A program made the position numbers and the translations under genes. A DNA stretch of 42,916 nucleotides. Source: a virus (lineage: Duplodnaviria; Heunggongvirae; Uroviricota; Caudoviricetes). Shown here in pieces: positions 25,085 through 35,308 of the stretch (the first letter of the stretch is position 1; each line of letters begins with the position of its first letter). The notes beneath the pieces are model-generated. The model worked only from the letters and a program-made list of their open reading frames with translations. It did no database searches and had not been told where the DNA came from. The DNA lies in IMG/VR virus record IMGVR_UViG_3300034157_000063; one strand, given 5' to 3'.

Positions 25085-26242
25085 TTAATCATCGACTTCT
25101 TCTTCATCTTCTTCGTTCTCTTCATCGAGATAAGCTACCACATTAAGCAGTAACGGAACATCCGTTGCCATGCAGTCAGAGAAATAAGTATTCACTCTAA
25201 ATCCTTTGAATGAGTCAAAGACAAGAAATTCACTTTCATCATCAAAATGATCCATATAGTAATTAGCTGATTTAGGGTAACTAATCCCTTTCATTTCAAT
25301 AGGGAAGTTATAATAACTGTATGGATTACCCATTTCTTTCATCAGGTCGAGATACGTCTCGTAATGGTTCATTTCATAGTCCATATTACCGGAAGAAATC
25401 TGAGCACAGTTCCACACTTTAATTTGAGAGTTCTCTTTATTGAACACATAAGCAAAGATAGTGTTTTGTGATTCTTGAACAATCATTAAGCATTTTTCAT
25501 TGTTTACACAATACGCATGGTTATCCAAGTCATTGAATTCTAATTGCTTATCTTCTGTATATCTTCCGTCTCTTAGTTTTGGAATCCACTTAACAAAAAA
25601 TTGAATAAGTTCATCGTCAAAACGTTGTGTATGAATAGCAAATTTAGTAGTAACCAACGATTCAATCGTTGCTTGTTCTTCCGGTGTGAACAACGATTTA
25701 AGTTTTACCATTACCTTTAACGTTTCATCACTCAAATAGATACTGACTGACTGGAATGTGCGGCTGGCAATAATGTTGTTATAAAAAGGATCAAGACGAT
25801 CAACTTCCGGTTTAACAAACTGTTTTAGGTCGCAGACTTCACTAATCTTCGTAAGATCCTTCTTAAAGGTATCAAGGTCTTTTGATACTTTGTTCTTCAA
25901 GATGTCTTGAATTTCAAATACAGGCTCTGTTTTGTAATGAGACAGGAAGATACGGTTATCTTGAGTATTATGACGCAATTCATAACGTTCGCCATCCAAA
26001 GTAAATTCAATTTTACCTTCTTTGTTTTTACCTTTTGTATCTTGTTCAATTTTAGCAAAGACAGCAGTTTGTTCTGCATCTGTCATTTTTCGGTATTCTT
26101 CCATTGTGCAGCCAAGGTTGAAATTAGCATTCGCTTCGAATTTATTGATAACTTGAATGAACTGTTCGGCTTCTGGTGAAAAAAGCACTTCTGATAGTTT
26201 AAAGATTAGATCGTCGGTTGTTACTCGTTTTTGGGTAGTCAT
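25085..26242 (-). CDS. Hypothetical protein with acidic C-terminus
   Basis: 385-aa ORF. Confidence 0.8.
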   Translation of the reverse strand: MTTQKRVTTDDLIFKLSEVLFSPEAEQFIQVINKFEANANFNLGCTMEEYRKMTDAEQTAVFAKIEQDTKGKNKEGKIEFTLDGERYELRHNTQDNRIFLSHYKTEPVFEIQDILKNKVSKDLDTFKKDLTKISEVCDLKQFVKPEVDRLDPFYNNIIASRTFQSVSIYLSDETLKVMVKLKSLFTPEEQATIESLVTTKFAIHTQRFDDELIQFFVKWIPKLRDGRYTEDKQLEFNDLDNHAYCVNNEKCLMIVQESQNTIFAYVFNKENSQIKVWNCAQISSGNMDYEMNHYETYLDLMKEMGNPYSYYNFPIEMKGISYPKSANYYMDHFDDESEFLVFDSFKGFRVNTYFSDCMATDVPLLLNVVAYLDEENEEDEEEVDD

Positions 26243-26320
26243 AGAGTGTGTTCCTATATTATTTGAGTATTAAAAAACATTCTTATTTTATCATATTTCA
26301 AGCATTATTTCTATATATAG

Positions 26321-27010
26321 TTAAATCTTTTGCATTTCATCCACGAGTTGAAAATCTTTAATGATTTTTTGAGTGCCATTGTAATCTTTAACAACGGTTT
26401 CAAGATCCACATTGTATTTTTTGATAATATGATCATCTTCGAAAATAAAATAGATCACTCGTTCTCTTACGTTGGTGCAGTAATCTGGTGAATTCCACAA
26501 TTTACTGTTTAATTTTTCGATGCTATTTACATCTGAAACATTATATTTGTTTGTGGCAGTGTTTACAGAGCTAACAATTTCAATGTAAACATCTTCATTA
26601 CTCTTGACTTGTGTTAAGTTAGCGTCATTAAAGGCACATTCAAAGATGAAATTGAATTCATCAATATCTGCAATTTCTTTATATTGACGGGCATAGTCAG
26701 CCATGACATTGTTATCAATATCAAAATTAATATCGGTAAATTTAAATGAAATTAACATGGTAAAAGCATACACATAGGTTACTTTTTCAAAACGAGATTT
26801 ACCTTGTGATTGATCATAGAATGATTCATTGAAATAATGACCAAATGCTGAATTTTTGAAGTTGCTTGTAAAATTGTTACATTTGACCATCTTGGTCATA
26901 TTTTCAACGGAGATATCAATCTCTTTCCAATTTAACTCTGGAACGTCTTCTTTATAGGCCATAAAAAGTCCATTTGATGTTAAAGTGGGAGATTGTTCTA
27001 TTGTTGACAT
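26321..27010 (-). CDS. Hypothetical protein
   Basis: SD GAGG; ends FQLVDEMQKI. Confidence 0.75.
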   Translation of the reverse strand: MSTIEQSPTLTSNGLFMAYKEDVPELNWKEIDISVENMTKMVKCNNFTSNFKNSAFGHYFNESFYDQSQGKSRFEKVTYVYAFTMLISFKFTDINFDIDNNVMADYARQYKEIADIDEFNFIFECAFNDANLTQVKSNEDVYIEIVSSVNTATNKYNVSDVNSIEKLNSKLWNSPDYCTNVRERVIYFIFEDDHIIKKYNVDLETVVKDYNGTQKIIKDFQLVDEMQKI

Positions 27011-27082
27011 GATAGATCCTCTAATTGAAGGCCAATTATATCATAATTAGCCTTTATTAACAATGTATATTGTCACCGCCTA

Positions 27083-27502
27083 TTAACTAGCTTTTCTAAG
27101 TCTATTGTTATCAATGACTTTTTCTGGTATAGCTATTATCGCTACGTTTTTGTAAAAACTTTCATCCAATGAGAAGGCTGGAAAGTCAACATCAATGTCT
27201 GGGTTCATTTTCTTAAAACTATCTTTAAGAAAAATAGTCTCCACCAGTGTTAAAGCACTGAATACATCGCCTGTTACGAGTAGGTGATAGTTATTCTTGT
27301 CCAACTGCTCTACATAGGCTTCAATTGCCATTTTCGTTAGCAATGCTTCGGATTCCGATAGGTCTTGGTTTTTTAATTTCTTTTTCAAGGATACCAAAAC
27401 ACATTCAATGTCTTGAAAATCACAAAAACTACTAAATTTAATGGTATTTTCGATTTCTAAGATGGCTTGATTTATTTTAACAAATGAATGATGTCTACTC
27501 AT
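27083..27502 (-). CDS. Hypothetical protein
   Basis: Start moved to MSRH because the track's 'ME' is the GGAG SD. Confidence 0.65.
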   Translation of the reverse strand: MSRHHSFVKINQAILEIENTIKFSSFCDFQDIECVLVSLKKKLKNQDLSESEALLTKMAIEAYVEQLDKNNYHLLVTGDVFSALTLVETIFLKDSFKKMNPDIDVDFPAFSLDESFYKNVAIIAIPEKVIDNNRLRKAS

Positions 27503-27590
27503 GTAATTACTCTCCATAATTTGTTGTAAAAAGCTGTCTATTATAACATAAACCTAGTGTACATATCAAGAATTATTATAAGCATATGAC

Positions 27591-27620
27591 AAAAAAAAGC
27601 CCTCACGAGAGGACTTTTTT
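27591..27620 (-). terminator. Intrinsic terminator
   Basis: A8-GCCCTC-ACGA-GAGG-ACTTTTTT. Confidence 0.65.
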
Positions 27621-27633
27621 GTTATGACTTTTC

Positions 27634-28320
27634 TTATGACATGTCTTTCAATAACTTAAAGGCATCTTCACAGTCTTCAAGATAGGGAACAGACATTGAT
27701 TTTTTCCATTCTTTACCAACCATGTTCAAGAAGTAATTGATAAAACGAATTTCAGCAAAATGTTCAATGTGCGATTCATCAAAGTTTGATGGAATAACAT
27801 AACCAGAAGAAATATCCACTGGTAAGATTTCGCTTAGTTTTACAGATGGATTGTTTTTTCGCATCAATTGTGAAATGGAATTAGTGTTGATGTAATTTGT
27901 GAAGCCTGTTTTAAAAGCCTCAAAACTAGTGTCTGTTTTATTCTCATTGTATCGGGTTTCAATTTTAAATTCATTCATAATCTTATTAAACGTTGTTTCA
28001 TGACAGATGAAATAATCGAGATAAAATTCTTTATCCCTGTATACCACTTCTTTTTCCTTTCCACGCATTCCGGTGAAATCATTAATATCTACATCACGAC
28101 CCATGACATCAGAAACCATGCTCAGCATAATGCTACATTTAGTCTTATCAGTAAAACTAAAGTCTTCATATCCATATTCAATGGGGACAGCAATCGGGAA
28201 TGGCATGATATTATAATTAGTCGTAAACGACTCTAATTGATGCTTCTTAATTAAGATAGGAATCAACATAGCAAGATTCTCATCATAGAAATGTTTTCCA
28301 GTAATAGCACAATTTTTCAT
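27634..28320 (-). CDS. Hypothetical protein
   Basis: 228-aa ORF with SD GAGG. Confidence 0.75.
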   Translation of the reverse strand: MKNCAITGKHFYDENLAMLIPILIKKHQLESFTTNYNIMPFPIAVPIEYGYEDFSFTDKTKCSIMLSMVSDVMGRDVDINDFTGMRGKEKEVVYRDKEFYLDYFICHETTFNKIMNEFKIETRYNENKTDTSFEAFKTGFTNYINTNSISQLMRKNNPSVKLSEILPVDISSGYVIPSNFDESHIEHFAEIRFINYFLNMVGKEWKKSMSVPYLEDCEDAFKLLKDMS

Positions 28321-28404
28321 TGAAACATCCTCATATTTTAGTTAACGCATTATATCACATTGCAATCAAAAATCATACTGCATTTGTATTGAATTATTGC
28401 GTGT

Positions 28405-29310
28405 TTAAATTTTAATCATTTCGACAAGGATAAAATATTCTTTTAGTTCTTCAGTGGTGAGTTCATTAACATCACATTTTCTCATTTTCAACGTTTCACA
28501 AATTACATTTTTAGCTTCTGCTTTAAATTGATTTTCGAAAAAATCTGTTAACGATTGATTGTCAACGTCAATGCTATTTAACTTTCTTAAAAAACCATTT
28601 TTCAAGGACTGTTCACTGGCAGCAAAATACATCCTTTCAGGATTATTGATGGGAATGATACACATTATCTTATTATGTGCTGAATAGGGTAATTTAATTT
28701 TAAAATATGGCTTAATTGTTTCATCAGGTTCTACAAGATGAATAACTTCGATATTAATATAGGACTTCTTAAAATAGTTCTTTTGAGCACCCATACCTTT
28801 TTGAAGAATATTATTGAAACTGACTGTTGCAATATTTTTGTCTTTAAATTTTAATTCATTGAAATAACCATTATTGGAGAAATGAGTGTTCATGTGTTGG
28901 TTATATTGTTTCATTTCAACACTGTTTAGCAATCCCGATTCAATACCTTTTTTAATGAAGATATCGACAATATTGAGAGCTTTCTCAAAATCTGGTTTAT
29001 ATTTTTCTTGAAAAAAATCAGCTATCTCATGACATTGCTGGCTCATAATAGACACCATCGTAGGCCCGTTAAACATAACACTGATTGTCGGGAAGTAGTG
29101 TAACTTTTCATAACTGCTTTTGATTCTATTTTCAAAAGAAATTTCCATAATCCATTTGTTATCTGCAGTTGTTGCTTTATAAATTGTGGTTGCAATAACA
29201 TTATTTGAAAACTTCGCTTGTTCTTCATTGTATTGATTAAATACAAATACAGGTGAAAGGGATCTCGCAAAATGATTAACAGATGACTTATTCAGTAATG
29301 TTTTAAACAT
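28405..29310 (-). CDS. Seven-paralog array member 7
   Basis: FNNILQK, KKSY, PYFKIKLPYS; ends ELKEYFILVEMIKI; start after GGAG. Confidence 0.85.
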   Translation of the reverse strand: MFKTLLNKSSVNHFARSLSPVFVFNQYNEEQAKFSNNVIATTIYKATTADNKWIMEISFENRIKSSYEKLHYFPTISVMFNGPTMVSIMSQQCHEIADFFQEKYKPDFEKALNIVDIFIKKGIESGLLNSVEMKQYNQHMNTHFSNNGYFNELKFKDKNIATVSFNNILQKGMGAQKNYFKKSYINIEVIHLVEPDETIKPYFKIKLPYSAHNKIMCIIPINNPERMYFAASEQSLKNGFLRKLNSIDVDNQSLTDFFENQFKAEAKNVICETLKMRKCDVNELTTEELKEYFILVEMIKI

Positions 29311-29381
29311 GAAAAACTCCACAATTATGACTAATTAATGGAGTATTATACCATATAACACTTAGCTAAGTCCATGTTTTG

Positions 29382-30305
29382 TTATATTTTAATCATCTCG
29401 ACCAGCATAAAATAATCTTTTAATTCATCGGGAGATAAATTATCTAATTCAGTTTTCTTAATTTTCAATGTTTTAGAAATCGTTGTTTTTATTTCATTTT
29501 CGATTTCACCCTTGAAATAGGCTGTTAATGCTTCTTTTTTTATGGGCATTGATAGTATTTTATCAATAGGCGTATATCTTAACGAATCATCATCACCCAC
29601 TAAATACATGGTGTCCACCCCACTGATTGGAATAACATAGGTGTTTTTATTGGTAGCTGACGTAGGTAATTTAATTTTGAAGTAAGGTTTCACATCATTG
29701 TTTGAATCCACTAAATGAATGATACCTACACTAATGAATGATTTTTTGAAATGTGTTCCATTTTTACCAGACCCTTTTTGAAGAACATTGTTAAAGGTTA
29801 TTCTGGCATAGTTTTTATCCCATATTGAAATAGTTCCATGATAGTGATTGATGTGCATGTGTGAAATCATGTGTCGTTTGTATCTTTTTACAGCAACACT
29901 CTTAAACAGACCAGAGTCAAGACCTTGTTCAATAAATATATCCAGAACATTAAAGACTTTATCGAAGTCAGGTTGATAGAGGTTTTCAAGAAAGTTGGCA
30001 ATGTCTACACTTTGTTGATTTCTTTCAGCCACTGATTCCTTAGTGAAATGGGTTAGCTTCTTTTTTGTGTCTTTTTCGAATGAAATATAGGGATAAAACT
30101 TTTTTCTAATAATGTTGCCTTGTTTTGTTCCGTAAAATTGTGTTACTAATTGCCAGCCTTCGTTAGCTTGTGCTATATATTTTGTAGATTCGCAATCATT
30201 AAAACCATCGTAATAATCATCGGTGTATTTTGAGTATTTAAACAACGGCTCAAAGATTTTGAGTATATTGTTGGCTTCTTGATGGTTCTTGTATGAGTTA
30301 AACAT
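29382..30305 (-). CDS. Seven-paralog array member 6
   Basis: Same motifs; ends ELKDYFMLVEMIKI. Confidence 0.85.
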   Translation of the reverse strand: MFNSYKNHQEANNILKIFEPLFKYSKYTDDYYDGFNDCESTKYIAQANEGWQLVTQFYGTKQGNIIRKKFYPYISFEKDTKKKLTHFTKESVAERNQQSVDIANFLENLYQPDFDKVFNVLDIFIEQGLDSGLFKSVAVKRYKRHMISHMHINHYHGTISIWDKNYARITFNNVLQKGSGKNGTHFKKSFISVGIIHLVDSNNDVKPYFKIKLPTSATNKNTYVIPISGVDTMYLVGDDDSLRYTPIDKILSMPIKKEALTAYFKGEIENEIKTTISKTLKIKKTELDNLSPDELKDYFMLVEMIKI

Positions 30306-30331
30306 AATATTCTCCAAAACGTTCCATTCGA

Positions 30332-31258
30332 TTAAATCTTCAGCATTTCAACGAGTACAAAATATTCTTTCAATTCTTCTGGTGTTATTCCATCCATATC
30401 TGATTTATTAATTTTCAATGTTTTAGAAATAGACGTTTTCATTTCTTTGTAAAACTCTTTATCAAAAAAATCTTTTAAATCTGTTTCGTCCATTGAAATT
30501 GAAGGCAATGTATCAATGCATTCTCTTCTCAACTTGTCATCGTTTGCCATGAAGTAGACAATAGGCTTTCCTGTTAATGGAATCACACATGTTGCTTTTC
30601 TAGACTCTGAATATGGTAATCTTATTTTGAAATAAGGGTGCATTGTGTTATCAGAGTGAGCTAGATAATCAATAGATACACTAATGTAGGATTTTTTGTA
30701 GTGAGTAGTGCCACGATAACCAGAAACCCCTTTCTGCAGGATATTGTTAAAAGTCACGGTGCCAAAGTTATTGTCGCCTATGGTAATAGTTCCAGAATAA
30801 TGATTGGTGTTTAAATGAGTTTTCATCACTTTTTTGTATTTTCTCTCTGCAAGGCTTTTGAACAATCCGCATTCAATTCCTTTCGCAACAAAGAGTTTAA
30901 GGACAGTAAACATTCTGTCAAAATCTGGATTATAGGTCTTTTGTAAGAGTTCTACAATTGCTTTGCCTTTTAGTCTTCTGTCTTTATGTTGTTCTTCGTC
31001 AAAATTACGAACACGCTCGCCCTGTTGTCTAAATTTAATTTCTGGATAATAGACTTTTACATCTTCTTTTGAGTTTTTATTGTTATAAAATGTAAGAATT
31101 AAAGCCCAGTTATCATCGGTTATGGCTGTATAGGTGGTAGCACAAAACCCTAAATCGGAAGAGTTAACGTTGACATCAAATTTCACAAAATTAAATACTG
31201 ATGAAAACAAAGTGACCAGATGGTTGGCTTCTAGGTGGTTCGGATAGGTATTAAACAT
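30332..31258 (-). CDS. Seven-paralog array member 5
   Basis: Same motifs; ends ELKEYFVLVEMLKI. Confidence 0.85.
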   Translation of the reverse strand: MFNTYPNHLEANHLVTLFSSVFNFVKFDVNVNSSDLGFCATTYTAITDDNWALILTFYNNKNSKEDVKVYYPEIKFRQQGERVRNFDEEQHKDRRLKGKAIVELLQKTYNPDFDRMFTVLKLFVAKGIECGLFKSLAERKYKKVMKTHLNTNHYSGTITIGDNNFGTVTFNNILQKGVSGYRGTTHYKKSYISVSIDYLAHSDNTMHPYFKIRLPYSESRKATCVIPLTGKPIVYFMANDDKLRRECIDTLPSISMDETDLKDFFDKEFYKEMKTSISKTLKINKSDMDGITPEELKEYFVLVEMLKI

Positions 31259-31324
31259 AATATACTCCAAAAATATTTAATAATTGTATCATAAACAAAT
31301 AATGATTGCCATTGTTTTTACAAT

Positions 31325-31352
31325 AAAAAAAAGACCTTTTCTAAGGTCTTTT
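31325..31352 (-). terminator. Intrinsic terminator inside the paralog array
   Basis: A-run-GACCTT-TTCT-AAGGTC-TTTT. Confidence 0.7.
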
Positions 31353-31365
31353 AATCAGCGTAATC

Positions 31366-32292
31366 TTACATTTTAACCATTTCTAACAAAATAAAATGAT
31401 TTCTTAATTCATCGTCCGCGAATTTAATCAAATCATTTTTTTTAATCTTTAATGTTCTTGACAGTACACTTATTATTTCGTTTCTAAATTCTTCTTTGAA
31501 GAAAGATTCCAAATATGTTTTATCTGTTGAATGTTGTTGGAGGTTATCAATAAATCCTTTTCTTAAATGATGATCGTCATTTGCAATATACATTTTTGAG
31601 CCATCAAAAGAAACCATACAGTTTATTTTCTTATGCGAAGAATATGGGAGTTTTATTTTAAAATAAGGCGTAATTTCATTGTCTGAACTGACCATGTATG
31701 CAATATCTATGCTTAGATGAGATTTTTTAAAATGGCTTTCCCCAGCTCTCAATGTTTGAAGCACATTATTAAATTTAATTTTTGCGAATACAACGCTATT
31801 AAAGAATAATCTATTATATCCTATTCCGTCTTCATACCTACGAAATTGTGTCATTGAATGTCTTTTATATGGCATAATTTTAACATTGTTATAGATACCA
31901 GTCTCAACACCTTGTTGAAGAAATATTTCTATAATCTCGATTGCTCTATCAAAGTTAGGATTGTATATATTTTGGAAATATTCAATGATGCTATCAGCTT
32001 GAACTTTATCAGCATCTTTTTCAGTATATGTTGATCTATCTCCATGTGAATATCTTTTATCTCTATGTTTTTCAAATTCAACACATGGATAATAATACCT
32101 AGTGTCTACATCTGTTTTCTCACCTTGTTCAAAAGCGGCAACGATATTCCAAGCATTATCATTTTCAGCTACATAGTTTGACTTATCATACTTGTCATTA
32201 CATTTTTCTTGAAACTTTGTAAAATTTAATACTGGGTTGAATAACTCTACTAATTTATTCATCTCAATGTAATTAGGACATTTTTTAAACAA
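31366..32292 (-). CDS. Seven-paralog array member 4
   Basis: Same motifs; TTG start after GGAG. Confidence 0.85.
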   Translation of the reverse strand: MFKKCPNYIEMNKLVELFNPVLNFTKFQEKCNDKYDKSNYVAENDNAWNIVAAFEQGEKTDVDTRYYYPCVEFEKHRDKRYSHGDRSTYTEKDADKVQADSIIEYFQNIYNPNFDRAIEIIEIFLQQGVETGIYNNVKIMPYKRHSMTQFRRYEDGIGYNRLFFNSVVFAKIKFNNVLQTLRAGESHFKKSHLSIDIAYMVSSDNEITPYFKIKLPYSSHKKINCMVSFDGSKMYIANDDHHLRKGFIDNLQQHSTDKTYLESFFKEEFRNEIISVLSRTLKIKKNDLIKFADDELRNHFILLEMVKM

Positions 32293-32376
32293 GATGTTCT
32301 CCAATATATTTATAAAATTAGCATAACATAAAAAATAAGAAATACTATTGTATACATATAATTTTATAGAATTTTC

Positions 32377-33258
32377 TTAATATTTTATCATATCAACAAG
32401 AATAAAATAATTTTTTAATTCATCTTGTGACAACTTCTTTAGATCTGCTTTTTTCATTTTTAAGGTTTTTGAAATTGAGTTTATGACTTCAATATTAAAA
32501 ATGTTTTTGAAATATAAATTTAAGGACTCATCATCTGTTTGATGAGCTTCTAAATGATCAATGAAGTTAAGTTGAAATTCATGATCTGTTTTAGTGAAAT
32601 ACATTTTAGAACAATCAAAAGATATAATACAGTTTACCTTTTTATGTGATGTATAAGGGAGTCGAATTTTAAAATATGGCATAAGTTGTTTATCGCTACC
32701 TACTAGGTATATGAAATCTATTGACATGACAGATTTTTTATAATTAGTTTCACCAGATCTTAAACTTTGAAGAATGTTATTAAAATTTATACTGGCATAA
32801 ATTCGATTGTAAACTCCATGTATATGTGTTCTTGAATGTCTTTCATATTTTTTTAGAGTAATCTTTTGAAATATTCCAGAATCTAAACCCTGCTTGGTAA
32901 AAATTTCAAGAATATTTATCATTCTGTCAAAATTAGGTTTATAAAGTTTATGAAAATAATTAATAAATTCGTCTGATCTTTGAATTTCTATTTTTCGTTC
33001 TTCGTCTGTTAAAGTAATATACCTATATTGTTCTTCATAATTTTTAAATTTGATAGATGGCGATTTTGCTAAATACCAATCATGTTTTTCAAAATGTTTT
33101 GGATAATTTATAACAATTCTCCATTTATCACTGGCTTCTGCAGTATAATTTACACCGTAATGTATATCAGTTTCTGTAAATTTTTCAAAATTTAAAAATG
33201 GTTTAAATAATTCAATAAAATTATTACTTTCGACATGAAAATCATATTTTTCAAACAC
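32377..33258 (-). CDS. Seven-paralog array member 3
   Basis: Same motifs; GTG start after GGAG. Confidence 0.85.
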   Translation of the reverse strand: MFEKYDFHVESNNFIELFKPFLNFEKFTETDIHYGVNYTAEASDKWRIVINYPKHFEKHDWYLAKSPSIKFKNYEEQYRYITLTDEERKIEIQRSDEFINYFHKLYKPNFDRMINILEIFTKQGLDSGIFQKITLKKYERHSRTHIHGVYNRIYASINFNNILQSLRSGETNYKKSVMSIDFIYLVGSDKQLMPYFKIRLPYTSHKKVNCIISFDCSKMYFTKTDHEFQLNFIDHLEAHQTDDESLNLYFKNIFNIEVINSISKTLKMKKADLKKLSQDELKNYFILVDMIKY

Positions 33259-33343
33259 TCGACACTCCAATATATGTTATACAATTAGCATAACATTAAA
33301 AACAATAAATACCATTGTATAGATATATTAAAGTATGATATTT

Positions 33344-34252
33344 TTAAATTTTTACCATTTCTACAAGAATAAAATATTCCTTCAATTCATCAGTTGTTAA
33401 TCCAGTTAATTCAGACTTCTTAATCTTTAATGTACCCACAATCACATTCTTGACTTCATTTTGTAGTTCTTTTTTAAAGAATGCTGATAGGGTCTTGTCA
33501 TCAATTGCGACTTCTTCATTCAGTGTGTCCACATATTTTTCTTTTAACGTATTATCTGATTCGGCCATATACATTTTAGAGCTTCTGCACAATGGAATAA
33601 CACAGGTAATTTTCTTTGTTGCTGAATAAGGTAGTCGAATCTTAAAATAAGGTTTCAACTCATTGTCAGAACTAAGTAGGTGGACTATTTCTATATTGAT
33701 GTAAGCTTTCTTGAACGATCTACCTTGACACTTACTATCTTTCTGCAGCACTTTATTGAATAATACAGTAGCACAATTAGTGTCATTAAATGATATTTGA
33801 TGATAATACTTATGCGTCCCAAAATAGTTACTAATATGTTGTGTTTCATCTTTTAATTTCACATTATTAAAAATTCCAATGTCAACGCCTTCTTTTATAA
33901 AAATATCAATAACATTAAGCACCTGATCAAAATCAGGAGTATACTTATTTTGAAATAGTTCAGTGAGTTCAGCCACCTTATCTCGTTTAATAGCCGTTAC
34001 ATAATCAGATACAGTTCGTTCAAACTTAACTTCTGGATAATAATGTTTTTGGTCGTGTTTACTTCTAAAACGGTTATCGAATGACACAACCATTTTCCAA
34101 TTATCGTCAGTGTTGGCTGTATAAATTGTTGTCCCAATATCCCTTTCATAGCTTTTATGATTTTCTTCATGGAATGTGGTAAAGTTAAATACGGATGAAA
34201 CTTGTTCAACCAGTTTATTAACATCCTCGCAATTTTTATATTTTTCAAACAT
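33344..34252 (-). CDS. Seven-paralog array member 2
   Basis: Same motifs; ATG start after GGAG. Confidence 0.85.
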   Translation of the reverse strand: MFEKYKNCEDVNKLVEQVSSVFNFTTFHEENHKSYERDIGTTIYTANTDDNWKMVVSFDNRFRSKHDQKHYYPEVKFERTVSDYVTAIKRDKVAELTELFQNKYTPDFDQVLNVIDIFIKEGVDIGIFNNVKLKDETQHISNYFGTHKYYHQISFNDTNCATVLFNKVLQKDSKCQGRSFKKAYINIEIVHLLSSDNELKPYFKIRLPYSATKKITCVIPLCRSSKMYMAESDNTLKEKYVDTLNEEVAIDDKTLSAFFKKELQNEVKNVIVGTLKIKKSELTGLTTDELKEYFILVEMVKI

Positions 34253-34288
34253 AATTGGCTCCAAATAATTATTGATTACTACAAAAGT

Positions 34289-35206
34289 TCAAATGTTCAC
34301 CATTTCAACGAGAACAAAATATTCTTTCAAGTCATTAATAGTTAAATCTTTCAAGTCTGTTTTACTAATTTTTAAACGAGCTGCAATTGTGCTTTTGATT
34401 TGTTTCTCAAATAATTGTGTAAACATATCATGAATATTAGATTCATTTAAAGCTTCTGATGTTTGTTGGTCTATATGGTATTTTTCCAAATGGTTATCAT
34501 CCAAAAAGAAATACCCTTTATCACCCGTCATTGAAAGTACACAACTGATTTTCTTATTTTCAAAATAAGGTAACCGAAGTTTAAAATAAGGGTGCATTGT
34601 ATTATCAGAATGCACCAAGTAAATAACATCCACATTGATGTAAGATTTCTTAAAATGCTTTGCCTGTATACCATCGCCTTTTTGTAGAATATTGTTAAAA
34701 TATACATCTGCGATGTTTTGATCTGTCATGTGAATTTTTTTGTCATAATGATGAGATAAAACATGAGATTCAATGCTTTTTTTGTAGTATTTTTTATCGA
34801 CTACGTTAATCACGCCAGCTTGGGTGCCTACATCAATGAACCAGTCCATAATTTCAGTAATTTTATCAAAATTAGGGGTATACATAGTTTCTAACATACG
34901 AACAATAGATCTAACATCATTTCTAATCTTATCAGAGTTGAAGACTTGGACTTCATTGTCAACAAAAACGAGTTTGGCAATCTTATGTTTAAGTTGCTGC
35001 TGGTTTTTATGGGTTTTAAGTGGATTCATGAATGTTACTTCAATATCTCTTTGACCTACTTGTGATGTGGCCTCATACATAGTTTTAAAGACATAACCGT
35101 GCCGGTCAGCGTAGTTTTCTTCTTTGAAGGTGTTAAATTGAAAGTCGTTTTTCAATGTCATTAACAGATTGTTGACTTCAATATGATTTGGATAGATTTT
35201 AAACAT
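34289..35206 (-). CDS. Seven-paralog array member 1
   Basis: Same motifs; ATG 35206 after GGAG. Confidence 0.85.
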   Translation of the reverse strand: MFKIYPNHIEVNNLLMTLKNDFQFNTFKEENYADRHGYVFKTMYEATSQVGQRDIEVTFMNPLKTHKNQQQLKHKIAKLVFVDNEVQVFNSDKIRNDVRSIVRMLETMYTPNFDKITEIMDWFIDVGTQAGVINVVDKKYYKKSIESHVLSHHYDKKIHMTDQNIADVYFNNILQKGDGIQAKHFKKSYINVDVIYLVHSDNTMHPYFKLRLPYFENKKISCVLSMTGDKGYFFLDDNHLEKYHIDQQTSEALNESNIHDMFTQLFEKQIKSTIAARLKISKTDLKDLTINDLKEYFVLVEMVNI

Positions 35207-35273
35207 AACATTCTCCACAAATATTTGCCATATTGTATCATAATTCATTAGAAAACGCTATTGAAATAGATGC

Positions 35274-35296
35274 AAAAAGCCTCCGAAGAGGCTTTT
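35274..35296 (-). terminator. Intrinsic terminator
   Basis: AAAAGCCTC-CGAA-GAGGCTTTT (UUCG loop on the minus strand). Confidence 0.8.
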
Positions 35297-35308
35297 ATTT
35301 AACGCTTA

